In this document: piece after piece, positions 21,239-31,992 of the stretch | Position numbering within the stretch: the stretch's first letter is position 1 | How the letters are laid out: each line of letters begins with the position of its first letter | From: an uncultured delta proteobacterium | Lineage (GTDB): Bacteria; Myxococcota_A; Polyangia; Polyangiales; Polyangiaceae | Length of the DNA stretch: 64,000 bases | NCBI GenBank assembly: GCA_963806225.1 | Contig: CAWDXG010000004.1 | Coordinates: 3,936,001-4,000,000, forward strand | Direction of reading: 5' to 3' | Notes under the pieces: generated by a model | What the model saw: only the letters and a program-made list of their open reading frames with translations | The model's database searches: none | What the model was told of the DNA's origin: nothing | Program-made: the position numbers and the translations under genes

Positions 21239-23421
21239 GCAGCATCGTCCGCGGCAGCCGGCTCGTCCAGCTCGTCGCGGCGCTGCTGGTGGTGGCGCTA
21301 CCGCGCATCGCGCGCGCCGACCCGGTGATGCTCTGGCACGCCTACCGCGGCGACGAGAAGAAGGCGCTGGAAGAGGTCGTGCGCGACTTCACGCGCGACA
21401 AGGGCACGCCGGTGCAGCTGCTCCAGGTGCCGCACGACGCCTACGCCACCAAGCTCTCCGCAGCCGTGCCGCGCGGCGCGGGTCCCGAGGTCTTCATCGA
21501 CTCGCACGAGCGCTTCGGCGACTACCTCGAGCGCGGCATCGTCGCGCCCGTACCCGGTGTGAACGCCGCGCTGCGCGCCCAGTTCCCCGAGCGCGCGCTC
21601 TCGGCAGTGGAGCAGAAGGGCAAGCTGTACGGCCTGCCGCTCGCGCTGAAATGCCTCGCGCTCTACGTCAACGAAAACCTCGTAGAGCACGTCCCCGACA
21701 CGCTCGAGGGCATCGCCGCGCTGAAGGGCAAGCTGCCGAAGGGCACGTACCCGCTCGTCTACGAGGCGAGCGATATGTACTTCCACGCGACGCTCCTGCA
21801 CGCATTCGGCGGCCGGCAGATCAATCCCGACGGCAGCTTCGGCTTCGTCGGGCCCGCCGCGGTGCGCTCGGTGGATCTGGTGCACTCCTTCATCCAGCGC
21901 GGCGTGGTGCCGGAGGAGGCGACCGGCTCGCTGGTGAAGGACCTGTTCGTCAGCGGCCACGCGGCCACGGCCATGGAGGGCCCGTGGTTCGCCAGCGATC
22001 TGGGCAAGCGCGTGCCCTACCGCGTGGTGGAGCTGCCGAAGCTCGCGGCCACGGGCAAGCCGCTCCAGCCCTACCTCACGGTGGAAGCCGCGGCCCTCAC
22101 GCCGAACGGCGCAAAGGACCCGCGCGCGCTCGCGCTCCTCCACTACCTGGCCGGCGAGAAATCCGCGGAAGTCCGCGCGCGCATCGGCCGGCAGGTGGTC
22201 GCGCGCGCCGAGCTGCCCGCCGCCATCAAGGACAACCAGTTCATCGCGGCCTTCGCCCGCCAGGCGCAGACGGCCGTGGTGATGCCGTCGTCGGCGCGCA
22301 TGCGCGCGACCTGGGAGCCTGCCACACGCGCTCTGAAGAAGGTGCTGAACAGCGGCGTCGCGGCCAAGCCCGCGCTGGACGAAGCCCAGCGCCGCTTCGA
22401 CGACGTGATGCGCCCGCCGCCTCCGCCCGCGTCGCCAACGCCGATCCTGATCGTGATCGGCCTTCTGTGCCTGGTCGGCGCGGGCTTCGTGCTGCAGCGC
22501 AGCCGCAGCGGCCGGCTCGGGCCCGAGCTCAGGAAGTCGATGCCGGCCTACGCCTGGGTCGCCCACGCCGTGATCGCGGTCGGCGTGCTGGTGCTCCTGC
22601 CCATCGGCGTGGGCGCCGCGACCGCACTCTACGCCGGGCAGCCCGGGCACATGTACTACGTCGGCTTCGCCAACTTCTGGTCGATCCTGACGGCGCGCGG
22701 CGGCCCGCTGCTCGCGCACGGCTCGTTCTACCTGGTGCTGCTCGTCACCCTCCTGTGGACGGTGGCCAACATCGTGCTGCACGTCCTCATCGGCTTCTTC
22801 CTCGGCATGCTGCTGTCGCGGCCCGGGCTCAGGCTCCGGCCGCTGTACCGCGTGCTCTTGATCGTGCCGTGGGCGGTGCCTTCGTACGTCACGGCGCTGG
22901 CGTGGAAAGGCATGTTCAGCCGGCAGTTCGGCGCGGTCAGCGCGCTCCTGAAAGCGATGGGCATCGAGCCGTTTTCGTGGTGGGCGCGCTTTCCCACGGC
23001 GTTCGCCGCGGACGTCGCGACGAACGTGTGGCTCGGCTTTCCGTTCATGATGGTGGTGACGCTCGGCGCGCTCACCGCGGTGCCGAAGGACGTGCTCGAA
23101 GCCGCCGAGGTGGACGGCGCCACGCGCTGGCAACGCCTGCGCAAGGTCACCGTGCCGATGGTGCTGCCGATGATGCTGCCGGCGGTGCTGCTCGGCGCCA
23201 TCTGGACCTTCAACATGTTCAACGTCGTCTTCCTCGTCTCCGGCGGCGAGCCCGACGGCACGACAGACATCCTGGTGAGCGAAGCCTACCGCTGGGCGTT
23301 CACGCGCCAGGCGCAGTACGGCTACGCCGCGGCGTACTCGGTGCTCATCTTCGTCCTGCTTGCGTTCGGCTCGAAGATGATGAGCCGCATCGGACGCACA
23401 TCGGCGGGGGGAGCAATATGA
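21235..23421 (+). CDS. Fused maltodextrin-binding protein and permease (MalE-MalF fusion), 728 aa
   Basis: ATG at 21235. Signal peptide and SBP domain, then PPPPPASP linker, TM helices and the EAAEVDGA loop, all in one frame. Confidence 0.9.
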
Positions 23422-24374
23422 GCGACCCGCGCGAGGCTCCGGACATCCACTCGGATCTGCCCGCTGGTGGCTCGGCGTCGGTGCCGGAGGCGGCCATCGC
23501 CGAAGGCGCGCACCTGGCCGAAGGCAAAAAGCCCCTGCCACACGAGCGCGAGGGCAGCCTGCTCGAGTCGGTGGCAACGCACGCGGTGATCCTCGCGGCC
23601 GTCGTGTTCGCCCTGTACCCCGTCTTGTGGGTGCTCTCGACGGCGTTCTCGTCCGGTGTGGCGCCGGAGCGGCGCATCCTGCCGGTGCCGTCGCACCCGA
23701 CGTTCGCGCACCTGATCGAGGTGCTGACGGCGCCGTCGTTCGGCATCCAGGTGATGAACTCGCTGGTGGTGTCGCTTTCGACGGCCCTGGTCGGCGTCTT
23801 GATCGCACTGCCCGCCGGCTATGCGCTGTCGCGCTACCACTTCCTCGGCAAGGAAGGCGGCATCCGCGTCCTGCTCGCCACGCAGATGTTCCCCATGGTC
23901 GCCGCCGCGGTGCCGCTCTACATCGTGCTCGCCACGCTGCACCTACTCGACACGCGCACCGGCCTCGTCCTCTGCTACGCCACCACGGCCGTGCCCTTCG
24001 CCATCTTCCAGATGCGCGGCGCATTCGACTCCATCCCGCGCGATCTGGAAGAAGCGGCCATGGTCGACGGCGCCACGCGCTTCGGCGCCTTCCGCCGCGT
24101 CGTGCTGCCCGCCGCGCGCCCGGCCATTGCCGTGACGGCCCTGTTCGCGTTCATGAGCGCGTACAACGAGTTCATCCTCGCCGCGACCATCCTCGGCAAG
24201 GAAAGCGCGCTCACCTTGCCCGTCGTGCTGCAGCGCTACGTCGGCGAGCACGATGCCGCCTGGGGCGCGTTCGCCGCCGGCTCCCTCGTCGTATCGATAC
24301 CGGTGATGGCGCTGTTCTACGTCGCCCAGCGACATCTCGTTGCCGGACTGACGGCGGGTGGCGTGAAGGGGTGA
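23418..24374 (+). CDS. malG: Sugar ABC transporter permease (MalG type)
   Basis: ATG at 23418; TQMFP, EEAAMVDGA and GLTAGGVKG motifs. Confidence 0.92.
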   Translation: MSDPREAPDIHSDLPAGGSASVPEAAIAEGAHLAEGKKPLPHEREGSLLESVATHAVILAAVVFALYPVLWVLSTAFSSGVAPERRILPVPSHPTFAHLIEVLTAPSFGIQVMNSLVVSLSTALVGVLIALPAGYALSRYHFLGKEGGIRVLLATQMFPMVAAAVPLYIVLATLHLLDTRTGLVLCYATTAVPFAIFQMRGAFDSIPRDLEEAAMVDGATRFGAFRRVVLPAARPAIAVTALFAFMSAYNEFILAATILGKESALTLPVVLQRYVGEHDAAWGAFAAGSLVVSIPVMALFYVAQRHLVAGLTAGGVKG

Positions 24375-24480
24375 TCGGAGTCGCCGCCGGCCGCCACTGT
24401 CGTTGGTTGACGCGACGGGCGCGGTCCCGTAGAAATAGTCGACTGTGCGTAGATGCCCGAGGTCCCGATAGGTCAGCGCG

Positions 24481-25308
24481 ATGAGCCGTAATCTGGCCTT
24501 CTACGGCAAGGGCGGCATCGGCAAGTCGACGGTCTCGTCCACGCTCGCGGTGCTCTTCGCCGAGGATGGCAACCGCGTGCTCCTCGTCGGCTGCGATCCG
24601 AAGCACGACACCTCGTACAAGGTGGTGGAGGAACGCCCGGTCCGCACCGTCATGGACCTGCTCCGACGGAGTGGCGGCGCATCCGTGGCGCGGAGCGACG
24701 TGCTCGTCCCGGCACGCGTTCCGGGATTGACCTGCATCGAGACGGGCGGTCCGGAGCCGGGTGTCGGGTGCGCGGGGCGGGGCATCACACGGATGTTCGA
24801 GCTGTTGGCGGAGCTCGGGCTGCCGGGTGACGACTTCGACGTGGTGATCTACGACGTGCTCGGGGATGTGGTCTGCGGCGGGTTCGCGGCGCCGATCCGC
24901 GGCGGCCACGCCGAGGAGGTCTACGTCGTCGCGTCGGGAGAGGTGATGTCTCTCTACGCCGCCAACAACATCTGCCGCGCGGTCGAGAACTTGAAGCGCT
25001 CGGGCGGGCGCCTGCGCGGCCTGGTGCCGAATCTGCGAGGGCTCCCCATCGAGGAGAAGGTGCTCACCGGCTTCTCCGCAGCAACAGGCGTGCGACTCCT
25101 GCCGGGCATTCCCCGCGACCCGCTGGTCCAGGAGGCCGAGACGGCGGCGCGGACGATCATCGAATACGCGCCGGACTCGGCCACGGCGCGCCGCTACCGC
25201 GAGGTCTACGCGGCGCTCCACCAAACGGACGCGACGGCGATCCCCGCGCCCCATCCTCTCGATGATGATGGGTTCGAGCAGTTCATCGCCGAGACGCGCA
25301 ACTACTAG
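24481..25308 (+). CDS. Nitrogenase iron-protein (NifH/BchL/CfbC) family reductase
   Basis: [45 protein letters not shown] and MSLYAANNI; both 4Fe-4S Cys present. Confidence 0.95.
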   Translation: MSRNLAFYGKGGIGKSTVSSTLAVLFAEDGNRVLLVGCDPKHDTSYKVVEERPVRTVMDLLRRSGGASVARSDVLVPARVPGLTCIETGGPEPGVGCAGRGITRMFELLAELGLPGDDFDVVIYDVLGDVVCGGFAAPIRGGHAEEVYVVASGEVMSLYAANNICRAVENLKRSGGRLRGLVPNLRGLPIEEKVLTGFSAATGVRLLPGIPRDPLVQEAETAARTIIEYAPDSATARRYREVYAALHQTDATAIPAPHPLDDDGFEQFIAETRNY

Positions 25309-25320
25309 CGATACCCCGCG

Positions 25321-27431
25321 ATGGCGAAAGTTCATCGAAACCAGCCGGACGAGTTCTTTGCTTGGCTCGGTCGGGCAGTCGGCACACGCGGGCCATTCAC
25401 TTGCCGCGGCGTGAAATGCGATCTCGACGGCACGCTGACCTTCGAGCTTTGGACCGGAGAGCAGGAGGTCGCGGTGTCCTGGCGGGTCGCTGCGCCGCGA
25501 CCCGACGAACTTCCGTACCGGGATGGCTCGATCTCGATCGAAGGCAGCGATCCTCTGCAGCCCGCCATCCCCGACGCCGCCATGGGCCAGGTGACGCGTT
25601 CGCTCGATGCGATCCTCGCCAGATGGCGCTTGGGCTTTCTCGACCGGCGCAACCGCGAGCTCCGGACTGTAGAGCTGGGCGACCATTTCGTCCGCTCCGT
25701 CTTCGGCGAGCTGCTCTCGCCTGGCAAGACCCGCTGCGGCGCATGGCGCTTTCAGGAGTCCTCCTCGACGCCTGCGGGCGTGACGCTCTGCTTCGGCGGC
25801 CCTGCCGATCCCCTCGAGCTGCGGGTGCAGGCGGTCGGTTCCCCGGTGGACGACGGCCGCGTGGTGAACACCTATGGGCCCCTCGCGCTGGTTATGCCGA
25901 CCGGCATCGAAGAACGCCAGGACGCGGACCGCGTGCTGAACCACGTCGGCTACGTGCTTGCGCTCTCGGTGCCCCCGGACGTCAAGCTCGTTGCGCGCCC
26001 GGACGCCGACGCGGCTCCGGTCGCGTCACCGGCCGACGACAAGGCGGCGCGGGAGCCCGACCCGCGCCAGCCCGACGACGACAGGGCCAACCCGTTCTTC
26101 TATGACGGGTTCAACAGCGCGGCCATGCTGTTGTCCGCGATCTCGGCGAGCCGCGGGCGCGTCGTGGCCGTCATGCACACGGACCGCGAGTGCGTTGGCT
26201 TCACCTCGTATCTCGGCGGAACGGTCGAGACACCTCAGCTCTCGCGGCTCGGTGTCCGGCCCACCGGCGACTACGTGCGGCGCCTTCGCATCGTAGACAC
26301 GAACGACCTCGACGCGATCATGACGGGAGGCGAGGGCAGGCTCACATCCCTGGCCCGCGAGGAGGTGCAGAGGGATCCGCCGCCGGACCTGCTTCTGGTG
26401 CTTGGAACCTGCGTATCGCGGGTCATCGGGGACGAAGTCGAGCGGGCGGTGCAGGACAGCGGCGCGCCGGAGGCCGGCGTCCGCACCGTGTGGCTGGAGG
26501 CGACCGCGTCGGAGGACCAGCAGGCGCGGACCCTGTGGGTGCGGCTCTGCGAGATGTTCCAGTCGCCTCGCACGGACGACGATGGTCCCGCCGTCAACCT
26601 CCTGGGGTATGGATACTGGCGCAATGAGGACCATGCGGAGATCGAGAACCTGCTCGCGAGCGTCGGGATTCGCCGCAACGCGAGCTTGATCCCCACGTTC
26701 GACATCGCGGAGCTGAAGCACCTCGGTGACGCGGACGTAAACCTCGTCCTACCGGCGGACCACGTTCGCGACTCGCTGGCGTGGGTAGGGCCCAGAATGC
26801 AGGCACCGCTGCTCGAGCCCCCCCGCCCTTCGGGATTGCGCAGACGCGGGCCTGGATCGATGCGACGCTGCAGTTCTTCGATCGCGAGCCGGTGACGGAT
26901 GAATGGATGGCCCGACACTTTGGCCCGCTGGAGGGGCGGTGGGCCCGTCTCGTTCGTGCTGCAACCGAGCTGCGCATTGCGGTCGTGCTCCGGTCGGACC
27001 GCTTCGGGGGCCTCGCGCCGCTCGAGCGCGGCGGTGTTCCCTGGTTCGATCTGGTGCGCGAGATGGGATTTGGTCTCGACGTATTCGTCATCCCGCCACC
27101 CGGGCAGACGGTCGCATCCGAGCATCAGGAGCGGGCGCTCTCGGGCGTGCGCCTGTTGCTGGAGGCCGAGGGCGGCCACACGGTGACCTGGGTCGAGTCC
27201 ATGCAGGAGCTGCGCGAGCGCCTGCTCGAGTCCGATTGCCAGCTCTGCTACACGGAGGTCCCACAAGATCGGCGCGTCCTCTCCGCAGGCATGGTGCCCT
27301 TCAACTACACCGACTTCAGCATGGGCTTTCAGGGAGCGACGCGCTCCCTCGAACGTCTGGTCCAACGAGGCCGCACGCCGTTCTTCCGGCGGTACGGCTC
27401 GAAGATCCCCTGCCCGGACTGGGGCGAATGA
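25321..27431 (+). CDS. Nitrogenase component-1-like subunit (D-like) with unknown N-terminal domain; split by a 1-bp frameshift at the C7 run 26818-26824 (~703 aa if restored)
   Basis: HTDREC, TNDLDAIMTGGEGRL, GTCVSRVIGDE and VNLLGY in the first frame; PFGIAQTRAWI...MGFQGA in the second frame. Ends in an ATGA overlap with the next gene. Confidence 0.8.
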
Positions 27432-28735
27432 CGGCGCGAACGCACCTTCCGACCACGGCGACCGTGATCGACGGATTGCTCACGCTCGCCAACGCGGTCC
27501 CGGACCTGGGCATGATCATCGACTGCGCCGACTGCGGCGAGGAGAAGTTCGCCAAGATCGGACTGCAGCACGACCTGATGTCTTCGCTCACGGACTATTC
27601 GTCGGGTCACCGCGTGCGCTTCAGCGACCTGCGTGCCCACGACATGGTCTTCGGCACCGAGTCGAAAGTGGCGGAGGCGGTGCGCGCTCTCGTCCGCCAG
27701 CGCCACTCGAAGCTCGTTCTACTCGTGCCGTCGAGCGTCGCGTTGCTGCTTGCGAGCGACCTGCCGGCCATCGCCGCCGATCTCGAAGAGGAGCTGGGCG
27801 TGCCGGTTGCCGCCGTTTCCGCGCGACCGCTGTCCGGGGACTACCTCGAGGGCTTCGAGGTCGGGCTCGAGGCGCTCGCGAACAAGGTCGTCCTGGAGGC
27901 GCCAGCGGATGGCGGCGTCGAGGTCGGGCTCGTCGGCTATGTCTTCGAGCGGTTCGAGGAGGACCAGCGGGCCAACGTCCGCGAACTGCGGCGCCTGCTC
28001 CGGGGCCTCGACCGCGAGGTTTCCGCGGTATGGCTCGACGGTGCGCGGGCGCAGGAGCTCGGCTCCATCGGCCGCGCCGGGACGCTCCTTTCGATGCCGG
28101 GTGGTCGACGGGCGGCGGAAGTGATCGCGCGACGAGGTGGCGCCCGCGTCGTCGAATGCGGCCTACCCATCGGGCTCGACGGCACGGCGCGCTGGCTGAC
28201 CGGCGTGGGCGAGGCGCTGGGCTGCGCCGACCTCGCCGCTCGTTTCATCGAGCAGGAGCTCGGACTGATCGTACCCAGGATCGAGCGCGCCGTGCGGCGC
28301 GACCTGCTCGGGCGCAGTGTCGTGGTCGCGGGCGGCCCGCACTACGTGGCCGAACTCGCGGAGTTTTTGGCAGAGCTCGGACTGGTCGTGCGACTCGTGC
28401 TGGTCCAGAGCCGCAGCGAGGCGGACGGAGAGCAGATTGGCGAGCGCCTACGCCGCTGCGGTCAAGAACCGGAGATCCTCGTCGATCCCACCGTACCGCT
28501 GGTGGAGGACGCACTGACCGAGCTGGCGAAGGCTGCGCCAGTGGACGTCATCGTCGGCTCCGGCAGCGCGCGCGACGCCGCCAAGCCACTGCGGATCCCC
28601 TATGTCGAGATCTCCTACCCTTGCTACGTGCGGCACGCCCTGTTCGACGCGCCATGGCTCGGTTTCCGCGGAGCGCTGTGGCTCACGGACGCCATCGCCG
28701 GCCGGTTGAGCGAAGCTTCGTACATCAGGTACTAG
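27428..28735 (+). CDS. Nitrogenase component-1-like subunit (K-like), 435 aa
   Basis: ATG at 27428; IDCADC, DMVFGTESKV, NVRELRRLL, LPIGLDGTARWL and YP...PWLGFRGA motifs. Confidence 0.88.
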   Translation: MTARTHLPTTATVIDGLLTLANAVPDLGMIIDCADCGEEKFAKIGLQHDLMSSLTDYSSGHRVRFSDLRAHDMVFGTESKVAEAVRALVRQRHSKLVLLVPSSVALLLASDLPAIAADLEEELGVPVAAVSARPLSGDYLEGFEVGLEALANKVVLEAPADGGVEVGLVGYVFERFEEDQRANVRELRRLLRGLDREVSAVWLDGARAQELGSIGRAGTLLSMPGGRRAAEVIARRGGARVVECGLPIGLDGTARWLTGVGEALGCADLAARFIEQELGLIVPRIERAVRRDLLGRSVVVAGGPHYVAELAEFLAELGLVVRLVLVQSRSEADGEQIGERLRRCGQEPEILVDPTVPLVEDALTELAKAAPVDVIVGSGSARDAAKPLRIPYVEISYPCYVRHALFDAPWLGFRGALWLTDAIAGRLSEASYIRY

Positions 28736-28764
28736 CCGTCGAACGGCTCGCATCACGATGAAGG
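28639..28764. repeat. Direct repeat, copy 1 (3' end of the K-like gene plus downstream flank)
   Basis: Matches 30036-30155; over the coding part 84 of 91 aligned bases are identical, with one 6-nt gap. Confidence 0.9.
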
Positions 28765-28824
28765 GAAGATGGGCTGGGTATTCCGCGCACTTCGGAAATC
28801 GCGCGACCGGCCGTTGGTACCATC

Positions 28825-30021
28825 GTGGACCAGATTTCCGAGCCCGGGCAACACTCGGCCAGCCCAACTAGCCGCTATTTTGCGTATTTCTGCGCTGCGC
28901 CTCTGGACGAGGCGGAACATCTGAACTGCCGCAGTCGCGCCAAGGTGCTGGTCATCTCCAGCCACCTGGGTGCGCTGCTCACCTTCGTCGCGACAACGTT
29001 GCGCACGGTGTCGGGAGCACTACCTTCGCTCGCCTATCTCGGCGCGATTTCTGCGCTGGGTCTGGCTCTGTTCTTCGCGCCGTTCGTCCTCAAGAGGACG
29101 CAATCCGTCCAGCGTGCCGCGCTTCTGCCCCTCGGCGCGCTCGCGTTGCTCCTTCCGATGCTGCTCGGCAGGACCGGCGGACTTTCCGCGGCCAGCATGA
29201 TGATGCTGCCGGCGTTGCCGATCATCGCGGCGTTCTTCGCCGGATTTCGCGTCGCCCTGGTGTTTGCGGTGCTGCTCGCTCTCGAAACCATCGGCCTTGG
29301 CGTGTTCTCGCACCTCGGCTGGATCCCGCCGCACGAAACGCCGCTGTCGCTCCGGGCGATGCTCGGAGTGGCCTACATTGGCACCACCGCGGCCATCGCC
29401 TACGTCTACGAGCGCGAGCGCGAGGCCGCGGAGGCCCGATCGCGCGCGCTGGCCGACGCGCTCTACGACGCCACCATTCGTGACCCGCTGACGAACCTGC
29501 TGAATCGGCGCTTCTTCGACGAACGACTGAAGAACGAGCTTGCGTTCTCGCGGCGTCACGGGAGTTTCACGTCGCTGTTGTCGCTGGATGTCGACCACTT
29601 CAAGCGCGTCAACGACACGTACGGCCACGCCGGCGGTGACACCGTCCTCGTCGAACTCGCCCACATTCTGCGCGCCAGCATTCGTCAGGAAGACACGGTG
29701 GCGCGCATCGGCGGTGAGGAATTCTTGATACTCCTGCGACAGACCGAGCCAGTTGGTGCACGGACCGTGGCGGAGCGGTTGCGTGCTGCCATCGCCGCGC
29801 ACGGCTTCGTCGTCGGCGCCGAGCGCATCGCAGCGACGGCCAGCATAGGCTGCGCGACGACCACCGGAGGCGACGATGCCCAGGCGCTGCTGTCGCGCGC
29901 GGACGCGCGCATGTACGTCGCGAAACGCACGGGTCGGAATCGCGTCGTCGGTGATCCGGTCGCCGCGCGCTCGAGCGCACCCCGTTCAGGAACAACCACT
30001 CCGGCGGCATGCCCGTCCTGA
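28825..30021 (+). CDS. Membrane-bound diguanylate cyclase (GGDEF)
   Basis: Several TM helices; DPLTNLLNRR, DVDHFKRVNDTYGH and ARIGGEEF motifs. Confidence 0.93.
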   Translation: MDQISEPGQHSASPTSRYFAYFCAAPLDEAEHLNCRSRAKVLVISSHLGALLTFVATTLRTVSGALPSLAYLGAISALGLALFFAPFVLKRTQSVQRAALLPLGALALLLPMLLGRTGGLSAASMMMLPALPIIAAFFAGFRVALVFAVLLALETIGLGVFSHLGWIPPHETPLSLRAMLGVAYIGTTAAIAYVYEREREAAEARSRALADALYDATIRDPLTNLLNRRFFDERLKNELAFSRRHGSFTSLLSLDVDHFKRVNDTYGHAGGDTVLVELAHILRASIRQEDTVARIGGEEFLILLRQTEPVGARTVAERLRAAIAAHGFVVGAERIAATASIGCATTTGGDDAQALLSRADARMYVAKRTGRNRVVGDPVAARSSAPRSGTTTPAACPS

Positions 30022-30035
30022 CGCGGTCCGGGTTG

Positions 30036-30155
30036 CCTGTTCGATGCGCCGTGGCTCGGTTTCCGTGGAGCGCTGTGGGACGCCATCGCCGGCCGGTCGA
30101 GCGAAGTTTCCTGCATCAGGTACTAGCGTCCAGTACACTCGTACCACGATGAAGG
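30036..30155. repeat. Direct repeat, copy 2 (remnant of the K-like gene 3' end)
   Basis: Encodes LFDAPWLGFRGALW--DAIAGR...IRY* with no upstream gene. Confidence 0.9.
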
Positions 30156-30973
30156 TCCGGGCGAGGAGGAAGGCGCCGGGCGACCGCCGCGGGATCGCGC
30201 TGCTCATAGCGAGTGGCATCGCGATCGCCTGCAACGGGGGTCATGCCGGGACACGGGGCGCTGGAGGTCAAGCCGGCAGCGCTGGCAGCACGACGGGCGG
30301 CGCAGCAGGCGCGGCGGGAGCAGCAGGCGCGGCGGGCACGGGCGGCACGGCGGGCGCAGCAGGCGCGGGCGGCGCGGGTGGCGTGTCCGGCAGCGCTGGA
30401 GCCACCGACGCTGGCGCCGACGCCGATGCCGGTTGCGCGCTCACCGAATGCAGCGGAGCCTGCGTCGACACGTCAACGGACAGCGCGAACTGCGGTGCTT
30501 GCGGCAACGCCTGCAGCGTGGGCGAGGTGTGCGCAGGCAGCGGCTGCGGGAGTCAGTGGGCGGACTGGCCGATGCCGAACGCGCCGGCGGCGGGCGCCGC
30601 GAACCCGGCGAGCTACGACACCAGCACACCCGGCGTCGTTGTCGACAAGGTCACCGGTCTGATGTGGCAACTCGCTGTCGACACCGGCAGCTACGACTGG
30701 ATCGCCGCCAAGGCCTACTGCGCTGGTCTTGTGCTGGCCGGGCACAACGACTGGCGGCTACCGACGGAGATCGAGCTGTTCTCGCTGGTCGATTCGACGG
30801 CGACCAGCCCGGCGATCGACGCGGCCGCGTTCCCGGGCACGCCCTCGGCGTTCTTCTGGTCGTCGTCGCCGCTCGCCGGCAATCCGGCCAGTGCCTGGGG
30901 GGTCTACTTCAGCTACGGCGGCACCGGCAGCGGCGTCGCGTCGGTTGCCAATCGCGTGCGCTGCGTGCGCTGA
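30149..30973 (+). CDS. DUF1566 (Lcl C-terminal) lipoprotein with a Cys-rich linker
   Basis: VVDKVTGLMWQ, DWRLPTEIEL, FWSSS and VRCVR motifs; TDSANCGACG repeat. Confidence 0.88.
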   Translation: MKVRARRKAPGDRRGIALLIASGIAIACNGGHAGTRGAGGQAGSAGSTTGGAAGAAGAAGAAGTGGTAGAAGAGGAGGVSGSAGATDAGADADAGCALTECSGACVDTSTDSANCGACGNACSVGEVCAGSGCGSQWADWPMPNAPAAGAANPASYDTSTPGVVVDKVTGLMWQLAVDTGSYDWIAAKAYCAGLVLAGHNDWRLPTEIELFSLVDSTATSPAIDAAAFPGTPSAFFWSSSPLAGNPASAWGVYFSYGGTGSGVASVANRVRCVR

Positions 30974-30987
30974 GGTCCGGAGGAGCC

Positions 30988-31467
30988 ATGCATCACCGGA
31001 CCCCGCATCAACCTCTCGTCCTTCGCCGCTTGCGACCCGCGTTCGTGCTGGGCGTTGCGCTCGCGCTTCCCGTCTCGAGCGCGCGCGCCGACGCGCCGGC
31101 GGGCCGCTACACGATCGCCAACGGTACCGTCACCGACAACGCGACGAAGCTCGTCTGGCAACAGACTGCGGCTCCTGCGACGCAGACGTTTTCCGGAGCG
31201 AAGAGCTACTGCGCGGGCCTTGCGCTCGACGGCGGCGGCTGGCGTATGCCCACGGTGAAGGAGCTGATGACCCTCGTGGACTTCAGCGTCGCTGCGCCCG
31301 GACCCACCATCGACACGACGGCATTCCCCGCAGCGCCTGCGGACTACTTCTGGACGTCGTCCACGCTCGCCGCCAATCCGTCCTTCGGCTGGAGCGTCTA
31401 CTTCTACCACGGCTACACGTACTACAAGAGCGTGGCGACGACCTACCGCGTGCGCTGCGTGCGCTGA
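30988..31467 (+). CDS. DUF1566 (Lcl C-terminal) secreted protein
   Basis: GGAG RBS before the ATG at 30988; VTDNATKLVWQ, WRMPTVKEL and VRCVR motifs. Confidence 0.88.
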   Translation: MHHRTPHQPLVLRRLRPAFVLGVALALPVSSARADAPAGRYTIANGTVTDNATKLVWQQTAAPATQTFSGAKSYCAGLALDGGGWRMPTVKELMTLVDFSVAAPGPTIDTTAFPAAPADYFWTSSTLAANPSFGWSVYFYHGYTYYKSVATTYRVRCVR

Positions 31468-31506
31468 AGGCCCCCCCGGTGCGGGGTTCGTTCGCTCCTC
31501 GCGGCG

Positions 31507-31992
31507 CTACGAGCGGGTCGGCGGCCCCGCACACTCGGTAGCGCACTTGGACTGCTTGCACTGGGTGAACGCCGTAGTGGCCGTATGGCAGTCCGTCGTG
31601 AACTTGCTCTGGCAGGGAGTAGCGCAGTTCGACCCACAGCCGAGATCGATACAGCCACAGCTTGCGCAGCCGCAGCTGTCCTTCTCCGAGCACGTGATGA
31701 TGCACTGCTGGTAGGCGGCGCAGGGACCGCCGGGGCACTTGAAAGCGCCGGAAAAGCCGGAGCCGCACATCGCCTGGCCCTCGCTCGCGCAGTTCTGCTG
31801 GAGACAGGCGTCGCACGAGGGGCACACCGCGGCGCCGCCGCCCCCGCTCCCGCTAGTCGAGCCGCTGGAGCAAGCAGCCAGCGCCACTGCGATCGCCAGC
31901 GCCAAGGCGGTGCGCACTGGCGAGGCGAACAGCCCTTTCACAGCAGGGACAGCGCGAAGCGACGAGGAGTGAACGTGAGCCCGTAGATTCAT
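31507..31992 (-). CDS. Small Cys-rich lipoprotein
   Basis: LAAC lipobox and many CxxC motifs. Confidence 0.7.
   Translation of the reverse strand: MNLRAHVHSSSLRAVPAVKGLFASPVRTALALAIAVALAACSSGSTSGSGGGGAAVCPSCDACLQQNCASEGQAMCGSGFSGAFKCPGGPCAAYQQCIITCSEKDSCGCASCGCIDLGCGSNCATPCQSKFTTDCHTATTAFTQCKQSKCATECAGPPTRS

Noticed and set aside
24481..28735. True nitrogen-fixation genes nifHDK
   Set aside because: FeMo-co and most P-cluster ligands are missing, and there are no nifB/E/N genes nearby; nif symbols were not assigned.
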